Virus record (IMG/VR): IMGVR_UViG_3300022231_000010
Coordinates: 1 to 64,000 of that record
Reading direction: 5' to 3' (one strand)
Length of the DNA: 64,000 nucleotides
Origin: a virus
Shown piece after piece: positions 1-8,771 of this stretch. The position numbers and the translations under genes are program-made. The notes below the pieces were generated by a model. It ran no database searches, was not told the origin of the DNA, and saw nothing but the letters and a program-made list of their open reading frames with translations. Every line of letters starts with the position of its first letter. Within the stretch, counting starts at the first letter, position 1.

Positions 1-107
1 TAGCGGACGAACTCATGGCCCATCTTCTCGATGATGAACTCGGTCAGCCAGTCACCCAGATTCACAAACTCGGCTCCATCGCGCCAATATGATGCTTGGA
101 TCTTCAT
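1..107 (-). CDS. N-terminal part of a polysaccharide pyruvyl transferase-like gene. It continues across the circular junction into 63315..63987.
   Basis: ATG at 107..105 overlaps the stop of the upstream gene (ATGA). The translation MKIQASYWRDGAEFVNLGDWLTEFIIEKMGHEFVRY runs off position 1 in frame and joins GSGQPFDNDATLVACGS... at 63987. An N-terminal N-x-G-D motif is typical of pyruvyl transferases. Joined length is 780 nt (259 aa). Confidence 0.7.
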   Translation of the reverse strand, partial: MKIQASYWRDGAEFVNLGDWLTEFIIEKMGHEFVR

Positions 108-796
108 TCTGCGTAGAAAGGTATTGGGGATTCTTTCTTTACTTCTTTGGGGGCGGGTCCGTCAGAAGCGGCTCTCAGAGATCTCTGATGGACTGGTTTT
201 CCGGTCCGGAGAGACACAATGGATGGGTCTGTCGTAAATGCCATTTCGTTCAGCCTGTATGCCCTCAATCCTACCGTCTCCAATGCGGTAGCGAGAAGGC
301 CCTCATAGCAACAAGAGGAGTCTGCCATGTGGTTTGTGGATAGGCACTTCCATGCCACCTCAAGGAACTTAGTATCCTTCAACTTGGGGGTATTGTAGAG
401 GACTCCGTGCGCTCCGTGGAAAGAATGCCTGACCTCCCAGAAGGCCATCTTCTCGGATGGCGCTTCGTATGCGAATGGAGTCTCTGAGCCTACGAGCAGG
501 ATTCCGCAGTCATCCGGAAGGCAATCAAGCTCTACCAAGTCTCTGAGGCCGGATTGGTTGACCACTGCGTCGTCTTCTAGGACGAGATGTGGGATGTCGA
601 ATTTACATGCAGCTTCAAAAGCCAGAAGATGGCTGACAGAAGATCCTCGGATAGATCTTACATCCTGCTTCTCTTCCCATGTTGGCTCGAAAGCGTTCAC
701 GATCTTTGAATCTGGAATGTGGCGGCGGATGTCATTGATTAGCTTTTGCCGATCAACGCATCTGGCTAGGTGAATGATTGATGTAGTGAATTTCAT
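104..796 (-). CDS. Glycosyltransferase family 25-like protein
   Basis: 230-aa ORF. It matches the GT25 pattern in three places: IIHLARCVDRQ (VINLxRSxxR-like), RGSSVSHLLAFEAA (GEIGCxLSH-like) and HLVLEDDAVV (ILEDD-like). It is coupled to flanking genes by overlapping start and stop codons. Confidence 0.6.
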   Translation of the reverse strand: MKFTTSIIHLARCVDRQKLINDIRRHIPDSKIVNAFEPTWEEKQDVRSIRGSSVSHLLAFEAACKFDIPHLVLEDDAVVNQSGLRDLVELDCLPDDCGILLVGSETPFAYEAPSEKMAFWEVRHSFHGAHGVLYNTPKLKDTKFLEVAWKCLSTNHMADSSCCYEGLLATALETVGLRAYRLNEMAFTTDPSIVSLRTGKPVHQRSLRAASDGPAPKEVKKESPIPFYAE

Positions 797-966
797 TTGC
801 AGCCCGGAGGAGGGTCTTTCTTCCCCTTGCCAGCTTTAGGTCCGGGCCTCGTATTGTCCACCTTAATCGACTTGCCGAGAACGACTTCGCCATCAGGAAG
901 TCGAACACCATTCTTGGTGGTGTCAGCAATAGATGGGGCAATCGCAGGCTTGCAGGGATTAGGCAT
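793..966 (-). CDS. Hypothetical small protein (57 aa, below the ORF-track cutoff)
   Basis: Hand translation of the reverse complement gives MPNPCKPAIAPSIADTTKNGVRLPDGEVVLGKSIKVDNTRPGPKAGKGKKDPPPGCK*. Its ATG overlaps the stop of 959..1252 and its TGA overlaps the ATG of 104..796 (ATGA). It fills an otherwise empty gap in a tightly coupled operon. Confidence 0.35.
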   Translation of the reverse strand: MPNPCKPAIAPSIADTTKNGVRLPDGEVVLGKSIKVDNTRPGPKAGKGKKDPPPGCK

Positions 967-1252
967 CGGCTCGTCTGTGGATTCGGATGGATACTTCTTC
1001 CGCTCCTGCTAGTGTAACCACAAGATAGAATCCCATTGGGATCGTGATGATCGCTCCGTATGGAGAACCAGATATGAAGTCTGTATCTTCGATGCCGTCA
1101 GAGTCAGCAATAGCCCCCTTGAGAGATAGGGCTGTTGGCCCTCCATTCCTGGCCGTAATCGCGACCACGTAGTCACCAGCCTGAAGCCCGCTAAACTCAT
1201 AAGTCCCGGCTTGGAAGATCCTGTTGAGATGGTTGGTTACTTGGGTCTTCAT
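959..1252 (-). CDS. Hypothetical protein in the virion-module context
   Basis: 97-aa ORF. Its ATG overlaps the stop of 1249..2781 (ATGA). No family recognised. Confidence 0.6.
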   Translation of the reverse strand: MKTQVTNHLNRIFQAGTYEFSGLQAGDYVVAITARNGGPTALSLKGAIADSDGIEDTDFISGSPYGAIITIPMGFYLVVTLAGAEEVSIRIHRRADA

Positions 1253-2781
1253 ACGTAGATTGTGTAAGAGAGGTCTCTTGTGTCTGTGACACTGTCAGAT
1301 TGGACATACAAGGTGGATGAAGACATGAATGCCTTGATTGTCCCTGCTGTTCCAGATTGCTCGTTCGTAACGATTCCAATAATATGGCTGGATGAATTTC
1401 CTCCAGAAATTGAACTAGAAGCAGACCCTGCTACCATTGAAATGGTCCCCATTCGGATGCCGCCAACCTCAAAAAATGGCAGAGCTCCTGTGGGTGAAAG
1501 TTGGGATACAACAACAGTCCCATCCCTATCTGGAAGATTTTGAGTCCTGTTGCCGCTGATTCCAGAAGCGGGGATCAAGGTGGCCGAGTTGGAGCCCCGG
1601 TTGATTTTAACCGTTCCGTAGTTTGGGGCGGGGAAAACCCCTCCTTCTACTACCAAGCTGTCAGCCTTTAGATTGGTGAAGTCGCCAGTAGAGGGTGTCG
1701 TTACTCCGATTGGAGTCCCGTCGATATTGCCGCAATTGATGTCAACCAATGCAAATGTCTGAAGTGCCGTCCATGTCTTTGGGGCCACGATTACCTGAGG
1801 ATCAATCGTTGTTACTCCGATGTCCCGGAAGATTCCAGATACCCCAATTCTGATAAGAGTAGGTATCCCTACCGGATTTGGATTCCTGATGAACATGTCC
1901 CCGGCATATACATCAATCCCGCCTGCGGCTGTAGAATATCCAGCAGTATCAGCAATGACCAGAGTCCTTGTGTTCCTTGGGACATTGTTAGCTGATGGGT
2001 CAAGCCACGGAGCCCAGCTATATTGATTGAGGATTTCTTCCCAAGTCGTTCCATTCCAGAAGTAGATCTCATCTTGAGGAGTGGAGACGAAAAGAAGATC
2101 GTCGGACTGCATATCCGGATGGATCTGATCTGGCGGGATGGGCGTCGTAGATGGAATGTAGTTGGAAAAAGTGATTGTTACATCATCCTCTCCGGGAGAT
2201 GCCCATGTTGTGCTTGTTCCGAGCCATGGAAGATATCCGGCCTCTCCTTCCTGAGTATAGGTGATGGCTGTTCCAGAGTTGATCCAGACCCAAGATTCGC
2301 CCTCTCGGCGGATCGTATGAGTTCCAACGGTGAAGTAAGGATATCCTCCGTAGAGTCCGGAGTATGCCACTAGATTGACTGGTGCGCCTCCATCAGAGAA
2401 AGAGAAGGTGGATGGAACATAAGGAGGGAATGGTGTTTCGCCGGTCTCCTGTGTGCCTACGATCTTCTCTTCGAGGACTTCAATGCGCTCTGTATTGCGA
2501 ACGCAGCAATCGACGCATTTCACGAATTCAATATCGTCTGGCTCAAGGATCGTGACGCCAACAGGAAGATCTTCATCGGCCACTTGGACATCCAGAGCGA
2601 CTTTGCCTAGAATGCTCTCTGGCGGAACCGGTTCTCTCACATCAAGAACTACGGCCCTGATGGGGTTCTGGGCAGCAGGAAACTTGGTTGTATCCAGATA
2701 GATATCAACAAGGTCAGTTGGCTCTACTCTGCGTCCGTCGCAGACCAAACAGGAGTCTAGGATGATGGAGAATTCGGCCAT
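1249..2781 (-). CDS. Fibre-like or head-decoration-like structural protein
   Basis: 510-aa ORF directly downstream of the capsid gene. Gly/Thr/Ser-rich, beta-rich sequence with a C-terminal S/G/T-rich segment. No enzymatic motif seen. Confidence 0.55.
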   Translation of the reverse strand: MAEFSIILDSCLVCDGRRVEPTDLVDIYLDTTKFPAAQNPIRAVVLDVREPVPPESILGKVALDVQVADEDLPVGVTILEPDDIEFVKCVDCCVRNTERIEVLEEKIVGTQETGETPFPPYVPSTFSFSDGGAPVNLVAYSGLYGGYPYFTVGTHTIRREGESWVWINSGTAITYTQEGEAGYLPWLGTSTTWASPGEDDVTITFSNYIPSTTPIPPDQIHPDMQSDDLLFVSTPQDEIYFWNGTTWEEILNQYSWAPWLDPSANNVPRNTRTLVIADTAGYSTAAGGIDVYAGDMFIRNPNPVGIPTLIRIGVSGIFRDIGVTTIDPQVIVAPKTWTALQTFALVDINCGNIDGTPIGVTTPSTGDFTNLKADSLVVEGGVFPAPNYGTVKINRGSNSATLIPASGISGNRTQNLPDRDGTVVVSQLSPTGALPFFEVGGIRMGTISMVAGSASSSISGGNSSSHIIGIVTNEQSGTAGTIKAFMSSSTLYVQSDSVTDTRDLSYTIYV

Positions 2782-2847
2782 AGCTTTCGCCCAGAAAGCC
2801 CCAGCCCTTGTGAGGCTGAGGCGTTCCGGTAAAGGATTAGCTAGCTG

Positions 2848-4632
2848 TTAGTCGTTCTGGATCGTAACCAGAACCGCAGCGCAGTCCGCATCCAGAATTG
2901 CACCTGTGACCGTGGAGAGGGTGACATTGAAGTTCTGGTTGTCGGTTGCGTCATCCGCGATGGCGATGTCGATGCACTTGCTTCCGCCTTCTCCGTCTTC
3001 CCAAGCCAGAGCCTGAGGAGTGGTGAAGGTGTAGTCAGAGCCGTTGTTGGCCGTGCCGTCGCTGGTTGCAACGCTGATGGTAGCAGCGCCGTTGAAACCG
3101 TCCACGCGCTCAACACAGATCCGGAGGACCGTGCCTGCGACCGTTGTGACAGCACCGCAATCCACGAACTTGATGCGACCAGTGAGGTTGTTGTCCGGGC
3201 AGGGAGCTTCTTGTGTCGGAGGAACGACGGGGAAGCTTGCCAGTTCGCACTCTGGAGCATTCGGATCGCCGCAGAACTGATGACCGTCGTGTTGCTGCGG
3301 GAAAGCAGGCGCGAAGGCAACCGGGTTGGCTGCGGATGGGATGGCGCATTCTGGTTGCACTTGGTTTGGCTGGTAAGGGCTGACACGATAGATGATCGCG
3401 GACGCAAGCTCTGGGGTATCTGGCTCAAAGCTGTAGGCATGGAGAGCGCGGATGAAGAACTTGAAGTTGTCCACGTTCGGCACGTTGAAGTGATTGGTCA
3501 CTTCAGGGCCGTCGATCAGCTTCAGATCGAGGTTGAAGAGGCTGCCGCTCCAAGTCTTGCCAGCAACGCTTGGCATGGAGAAGGAGAGAACCTTGGCGAA
3601 GGTCGGGTGGACGATGTAGGCAACCTCGAACAGCTCGCGGGATTGGCCATCACAGTAAGTGCGGCAGTCCCAATAGTCTTGGTTGATTTCAGGAACCACA
3701 CCAGCACCTGTGCCGGGACGGGTCATCGTAGGGCGAACCGGGACAAAGGTAGTGGAGCCATTCGGATTCTCGCGGAGATAACCACGGGTCGGGAAGTCCG
3801 AGAAGATGAAGTTGATGCCGTTCCACTCAAGCGCGGTAGCACCCGGAGGGATGGTCTCGGTCTCCATGGAAGCCGGGCCAATGTGGACCTCGTAGCCTTT
3901 CTGGGCGCGGTAGGTATTCCGCATGAACTCGAAAGCTTCGCGGGAGATACCACGGACAACCTTCGGGCCAGTCCAGCCTTCAGCAGCCAGAATGGAGAAC
4001 GTCCGAGCGATGGTCTCAAAGTTCAGACCGCCAGTAGGAGCAGCCGGGAAGGTGCCTGCTGTGGACACCCAGCCATCAACGGACGAGACGTTGTGCTGAG
4101 CGAGAGCAATGACATCACGCTCAAGAGCCCAGCCGTGATGCTTGACAGCTTCCTTCTTGAGGCCCTTCTGGAGTCCTTCCAGATATGGGTTGTAGGCATC
4201 CTTGAGAATCAGGTCCATGGCGCATGCCCAACCGGTCTCGAATGCCTTACCCTTCAGCTCGTAGGTGAAGACGTCATAGCCGCCTTCGATGCCTTGGCCG
4301 GGGAGGTCACAACCATAGGCCCCCGTCTTGTTGACCGTTGTGTTGTATTCGCGGTTCTGAGCGGAACAGTCAGCACCAGTCATGCGGCCAGCTTGGTCAC
4401 CTTGGACGAGGATGGGGAGGTATTCCCTTTCTTCAATCGGAGCGAAGCCGTAGCGCAGTTTGACGGGATTTGGGCCTCGGGACGGGTCATATTGACCGCG
4501 AGGCAGGACCGAGACAATCGGGTTATCCGAGTCTGGAATCCAGCGTTCGGAACGGGAAACAATCGTTTCAAGACGCTCTTTGATGGCAGTCTTGAGATTG
4601 GAGCAATGGGCGTAATTGAATGGAGCAGCCAT
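2848..4632 (-). CDS. Major capsid protein with a C-terminal Calx-beta domain
   Basis: 594-aa ORF immediately after the scaffold gene and the tRNA pair, in the order terminase-portal-scaffold-capsid. The last 110 aa (2851..3180) match the Calx-beta pattern: VERVDGFNGAATISVATSDGTANNGSDYTF...LAWEDGEGGSKCIDIAIADDATDNQNFNVTLS. Confidence 0.75.
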   Translation of the reverse strand: MAAPFNYAHCSNLKTAIKERLETIVSRSERWIPDSDNPIVSVLPRGQYDPSRGPNPVKLRYGFAPIEEREYLPILVQGDQAGRMTGADCSAQNREYNTTVNKTGAYGCDLPGQGIEGGYDVFTYELKGKAFETGWACAMDLILKDAYNPYLEGLQKGLKKEAVKHHGWALERDVIALAQHNVSSVDGWVSTAGTFPAAPTGGLNFETIARTFSILAAEGWTGPKVVRGISREAFEFMRNTYRAQKGYEVHIGPASMETETIPPGATALEWNGINFIFSDFPTRGYLRENPNGSTTFVPVRPTMTRPGTGAGVVPEINQDYWDCRTYCDGQSRELFEVAYIVHPTFAKVLSFSMPSVAGKTWSGSLFNLDLKLIDGPEVTNHFNVPNVDNFKFFIRALHAYSFEPDTPELASAIIYRVSPYQPNQVQPECAIPSAANPVAFAPAFPQQHDGHQFCGDPNAPECELASFPVVPPTQEAPCPDNNLTGRIKFVDCGAVTTVAGTVLRICVERVDGFNGAATISVATSDGTANNGSDYTFTTPQALAWEDGEGGSKCIDIAIADDATDNQNFNVTLSTVTGAILDADCAAVLVTIQND

Positions 4633-4663
4633 AATGGTGTTCTGTTGTCGTTATGAGAGGTAA

Positions 4664-4739
4664 TGGAGCCCTATTTCGGATTTGAACCGAAGACCTACCG
4701 CTTACAAGGCGGTTGCTCTACCACTGAGCTAATGAGGGC
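4664..4739 (-). tRNA. trnT: tRNA-Thr (anticodon UGU), CCA encoded, with a bulged C in the 5' acceptor strand
   Basis: Hand-folded cloverleaf: GCCCT(C)AT TA GCTC AGTGGTA GAGC A ACCGC CTTGTAA GCGGT AGGTC TTCGG TTCAAAT CCGAA ATAGGGC T CCA. The D, anticodon and T arms are canonical. The acceptor stem needs one extra bulged nucleotide. Confidence 0.7.
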
Positions 4740-4742
4740 ATA

Positions 4743-4814
4743 TGGTTGCAGGGGTTGGAGTCGAACCAACGGAAAGAGCGTTATGAGCACCCTCTGAATC
4801 CGATTCTCCCTGCC
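4743..4814 (-). tRNA. tRNA-Met-like (anticodon CAU), atypical: reduced D-arm and a G1xA72 mismatch
   Basis: GGCAGGG AGAATCGGATTCAGA GGGTG CTCATAA CGCTC TTTCC GTTGG TTCGACT CCAAC CCCTGCA A CCA. The T arm and anticodon loop are good. Only 15 nt lie between the acceptor and anticodon stems, where about 19 is usual. Confidence 0.5.
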
Positions 4815-5002
4815 TATGTTTTGTTCCACTACCGGCAAGCGACCACCGGCTCTACTCCTACTAAGACTTTTCCGGGCGCGACTCCGGTTACAGCTAGGTT
4901 GTCATATAGAAGCTTTTTGGGCGGTCCGGGTTGCCCCGGCTGGTATTCCGCCTGCTGCTTGAGACATGCTTTTCACATATCCCAAGCAGAGTCAAATACA
5001 AA

Positions 5003-6262
5003 TCATGGGTTGCGCATGATTTCTTCCATAGTGATAGGTCTCATCCCATCAGGAGCATCATCCTTCTTGGCCGCTGGTGGCGTATCAACTCTGCCAGCTC
5101 CCGGACCTTCAGATGGAGACGAAGCAAGCAAAGCCTCATACTTATCCTTATATTCCTTGAGCATCTTGGTGACACCCGGAAGAGCAAGCATGGAATGATA
5201 TGCCAGTGCTGTATTCTGGTAGATCTCACTGGAAGCCCCGGCAAATGATCCATGGATATTGGATTCCGCCTCTCTGATCTGATCTTGGGTAAGTCCTTTG
5301 ACTGCCTCAGCAGAAAGCGGACCCGGAAGAACAAGGCCCTGACGAAGATACCCAAGAAGCTTTTGCGAGCGCTCTTGGAACTCCGGAGACTGGCTGATCA
5401 TGGAGGCGACCACGTTACGGGCCGAGAAGGGGTCTGCTGCTGCGAGTTCCTCGCTAAAGGACAAGGTCTCCCGAACAGCCGCGTCGAACGTCTGTGCGCT
5501 CTGCTGGTGCGTCTTAAGGCTGCGTGTGCGCTGGACATCACCAGATACTTCAGTGGCCATTCGGACTGCGTCCTTCACCCGAGACGCCATTTCGTCCAGA
5601 GAGGGCATGCTCTTCATCACCTCGTCCGCGTGATGACCGAAGTTCTGCTTCATCCGGTTTTGGAGTTCTTCATACCGCTTGTCGTAGTCGGGATCATGGA
5701 GATCGCCAAGCTGGCTGAATTGATCCACAAGGGATTTGGCATTCTTCAGGAATGTTCGGGCGACATTCGGAGGAAGGGTCTTGCTTACTTTGGTGACAGT
5801 GTTCTCAAAGGAAGTAGCTGCTTGGACAACCTCTGGAGCCTGCGTTGGATCGGTGATTGCAGTGTCTCGCTGATACGATTCAAAGGCCGCCTTTAGTTCG
5901 TCGTATTCCTTCCGGGCGTTTTCCTGAACAGCTTCCAGTTGTTGCTCAAGCTCCAGCTTTTCCTTTTTGGTTTGAGCAATCTGAGCCCTAAGCGCAGCAG
6001 GAAGCCCTTTGTCTTCAGGAGGGGTATCTTGACTATCTGGAGTAGGAGCTGGAGCAGGAGGCTCGCCGAATAGGCCATCAAGGCCTGCCTTAGACTCTGG
6101 CTTTTCTGGAGCTGCCGGAACTGGAGGCGCATCTGGAGCTGGAGCAGCTGGCGCGGAAGGGGTCGGAGCTGCGCCGCTAAGCTCTCCAAAGGAGATTGGC
6201 TCAAGTCCAAGCTCTCCAATGACTTCAGGTGCTGGTGGATTTTCAATAACTAGGGCTGACAT
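5003..6262 (-). CDS. Scaffolding protein (putative)
   Basis: 419-aa ORF between the portal and capsid genes. Ala/Pro-rich N-terminus and long charged helical or coiled-coil segments (KKEKLELEQQLEAVQENARKEYDELKAAFE). Confidence 0.65.
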   Translation of the reverse strand: MSALVIENPPAPEVIGELGLEPISFGELSGAAPTPSAPAAPAPDAPPVPAAPEKPESKAGLDGLFGEPPAPAPTPDSQDTPPEDKGLPAALRAQIAQTKKEKLELEQQLEAVQENARKEYDELKAAFESYQRDTAITDPTQAPEVVQAATSFENTVTKVSKTLPPNVARTFLKNAKSLVDQFSQLGDLHDPDYDKRYEELQNRMKQNFGHHADEVMKSMPSLDEMASRVKDAVRMATEVSGDVQRTRSLKTHQQSAQTFDAAVRETLSFSEELAAADPFSARNVVASMISQSPEFQERSQKLLGYLRQGLVLPGPLSAEAVKGLTQDQIREAESNIHGSFAGASSEIYQNTALAYHSMLALPGVTKMLKEYKDKYEALLASSPSEGPGAGRVDTPPAAKKDDAPDGMRPITMEEIMRNP

Positions 6263-6267
6263 ATGAT

Positions 6268-6492
6268 TTACGTGCTAAGTTTTCCTACGCTGAAAGACTT
6301 CTGAATTGGGGTAGCTGGAGCTTCTAGCTTTTTGCCTACACCGTCAATAAGGTTGAGAGCGGCCTTTACGATAAGCCCTGCTTGTTGAGGGTCATTTGAA
6401 TCCCTTGCAAATTGGATGCTCTCAAGCTCCAGAAGAGATTTGATAAACGGCCATGCCTTGGCCGCGATGTTTTCAGGATGGTCTTCGGTCAT
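6268..6492 (-). CDS. Hypothetical protein
   Basis: 74-aa ORF with a 4-nt overlap with the portal stop. Confidence 0.6.
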   Translation of the reverse strand: MTEDHPENIAAKAWPFIKSLLELESIQFARDSNDPQQAGLIVKAALNLIDGVGKKLEAPATPIQKSFSVGKLST

Positions 6493-8771
6493 CGTTGGTT
6501 CGGTTGAGGTTGTGGTGCCATTGCTTGGGATTCTTTGACAGCAGCAGCCGAGATCTTCGTCTCGATGTCCAGAGCTGTCTTCTGCTCCGCTTGTCCACGC
6601 TGGAACAACCTTTCCTCTTCAAGAGCTTGCTGAGCCCTCTCTCCCAAAGCGATCTTCCGGTCATTCTGCTGAAGCTTGGCCAGCTCCATTGGATCAGGCT
6701 GCTCTTGCTGATTGTTGTTCTGGAAAGATTTGGCGAAGCCTTCCGCTTGGCGAGATTGCTTCTCCAGCTTCATCTGGATCTGCTGGTTCAGCTGCTTTTG
6801 ATTCTCGTCTGCCGCCGTGGACTGGATGTGCTTCATCTGGTGGGTCATCAGCGATTTGACTCCTGCGAACTGCACCGGGTCCATCTGGCCTGCCTGAGCA
6901 GCCTTGGCCAGCTCTGCATCAATCGCATTATCATGCTCCAGCATGTGGATCTGCGGGACATCGTCAGCAGAAAGCTCAGGAACGAACTCAATGATACCAC
7001 GTTCAAGAGCGGCGGAGTTCTCATTCCGGGCGCGGGCAATCTGGTCTGGATCTGGACGGCGCTCGAATGGAACGACTTCCTTGGCGAAGTCTGGATCTCT
7101 GGTGAGCTGCGTTACCACGCGCCTTTTTACCGTCTCTTGAGACTCCGGGCTAAATCCTCCAATCATCCCCATCAGCCTGTCATTCACGGCCATCTCACGG
7201 CTTGGAGATCCGTCACCAGCGGCTCTGGATGTCTTTACCGTGATATACCTCATCTTTCCAAAACGATTCGTCGCAATGCGCTTCCGGACAGCCTCGGTAA
7301 TGTCGGCTTCTGCAAGGTCGTCGCGGAACAGCGTGATCTCACAATAGCCGGGGTTGGATTCGGATGTCTCAGCAACAAGGAATCTACGAAGGATTTCATG
7401 TCCAACGTCATCCAGAACATCATAGATGTCAGCCATGCGGGAGGCGATGAGCGACGATGCTCTCGATTGTCTCTCCTGAGCTTGGATCTGGAGTTCATCT
7501 TTGCCTGCTTGATTGGAAATGGCTCCGCCTGAGTTCTCCTTGGAGAGAGATCCAAGCGTAGTGATGATGTTGAACGCGTGCTGGTAGTTTGCATTGGATG
7601 GTTCTTCGATTCGCTTCAGCCCCTCTGGAACAAGGTTGCTTCGCTCTGAGAAGAAGCGAGAAACTTTCTCTCTGGAGGCTCCATCAACCACTTGCCAGCG
7701 GGACATCACAGCGTCCTTGGCCCCTTCCATTGCTTCATTGAAGAACTCTTCAACATCAGCATCTCTAGGGAAGTTCAGCTTACCAATGCCTTTGACTGAA
7801 TGCCATGTTGGGCGACCGCCGATCTCCGTATCAATGAAGAACGGGTTCAGCCAGTGGCGAACCGAAGCGAAATGTCCTTCCTTGGAAAACAGCAGTCTCT
7901 CACGTTCGATCTTCTGATCTCCACCGGGGAGTCCAGTGTCGATGTTGTTGTAGCGGGCAATGATCTTGAGTGAGACGGGCTTCTCTGCCTTGGTGTGATC
8001 CACCTCGTAGAGATACCAGACAGGCAATGTCATCGAGCTGTCTCGGCACCAGCCTTGGTCTTCCTCTTGTGGATTATTCTCAGACTCCTTCTCTTCGCCA
8101 TGAAGGGAGATCGTATTCACTCCTCCCGGTCCTTCTTTCTTCTCAAGAGAATCAATAGCCTCCTGAAGGGCTGTGAAGTTCCAGTTGTTGTTTCCGCCAG
8201 CCCTTGCTTTCTCAAGATAGGACTTCAGCCTGTAGTAGGGGATCTTATCTGCTTTGAAGGCGTAAGGCACGGTATCAGCGGTGATGCCTGTGTCTCCGGG
8301 GACATAGAAGAAGCTGGATCTTGGGCACCAGTCGAAGTTGTCAACGTGCGCCAAGCAATCCCTTCCGTGCAAAACACAATTACCGGAGACGGCTTTGATC
8401 TCAGGTGTGAGTCGGCGGGATTCCTTGATTCTACGGTTAAAAGCGTTGGTGATGGTGGCCTCCAAGGACATCCTGTCTGCTGCGTTCAGCTTTGGGTCCG
8501 AGCATTTCACGGTCCAGACTTGGTCGGTAGCCGAGAAAATGGAACAGATCTGCTGGCGAAGCTGGTCCAGAGAGGAATAGCCGAAGAGGTGGTTAACGAT
8601 ATTTCGGACGTTTTCCTTCTCTGCTTCCTCGGAAGACATGGTGTCCCGGCCATTGTAGAAGTTGGCCACCCTTTGGCGGTCATCAGATTGATCCCTGTCT
8701 TCGCCTACCAGAGTGGCAGCATTGGCGACAGCATCATCAATGGATTCAAAGTATGGTGACGAGAAGGTCAT
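6489..8771 (-). CDS. Portal protein (putative)
   Basis: 760-aa ORF between the terminase and scaffold genes. Its size and position are typical of podovirus portals. Charged, Q-rich C-terminal tail. Confidence 0.75.
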   Translation of the reverse strand: MTFSSPYFESIDDAVANAATLVGEDRDQSDDRQRVANFYNGRDTMSSEEAEKENVRNIVNHLFGYSSLDQLRQQICSIFSATDQVWTVKCSDPKLNAADRMSLEATITNAFNRRIKESRRLTPEIKAVSGNCVLHGRDCLAHVDNFDWCPRSSFFYVPGDTGITADTVPYAFKADKIPYYRLKSYLEKARAGGNNNWNFTALQEAIDSLEKKEGPGGVNTISLHGEEKESENNPQEEDQGWCRDSSMTLPVWYLYEVDHTKAEKPVSLKIIARYNNIDTGLPGGDQKIERERLLFSKEGHFASVRHWLNPFFIDTEIGGRPTWHSVKGIGKLNFPRDADVEEFFNEAMEGAKDAVMSRWQVVDGASREKVSRFFSERSNLVPEGLKRIEEPSNANYQHAFNIITTLGSLSKENSGGAISNQAGKDELQIQAQERQSRASSLIASRMADIYDVLDDVGHEILRRFLVAETSESNPGYCEITLFRDDLAEADITEAVRKRIATNRFGKMRYITVKTSRAAGDGSPSREMAVNDRLMGMIGGFSPESQETVKRRVVTQLTRDPDFAKEVVPFERRPDPDQIARARNENSAALERGIIEFVPELSADDVPQIHMLEHDNAIDAELAKAAQAGQMDPVQFAGVKSLMTHQMKHIQSTAADENQKQLNQQIQMKLEKQSRQAEGFAKSFQNNNQQEQPDPMELAKLQQNDRKIALGERAQQALEEERLFQRGQAEQKTALDIETKISAAAVKESQAMAPQPQPNQR

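Noticed and set aside
753-941. A 62-aa minus-strand ORF overlapping the GT25 start.
   Set aside because: A different frame (793..966) fits the stop/start coupling on both sides and does not overlap the GT25 coding region.
3211-4656. Very long antisense ORFs opposite well-supported genes. The example here is 481 aa opposite the capsid gene. Others are 6453..7532, 7995..8759, 10531..11208, 25223..25990, 30030..30788, 31637..32200, 34451..35326, 40457..41293, 47966..48913, 49931..50803 and 50858..51607.
   Set aside because: Their translations are low-complexity and Arg/Leu/Gly/Val/Ser-rich. They lack the start/stop coupling seen for real genes. They lie opposite ORFs with clear family motifs. 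They are explained by the sense strand rarely using TTA, CTA and TCA codons, which removes stops from the antisense frame.
4815-5002. A possible third tRNA between the scaffold gene and the tRNA-Met-like gene.
   Set aside because: It has several CCGG...CCGG hairpins, but I could not fold a cloverleaf. There is no T-loop consensus or matching acceptor strands.
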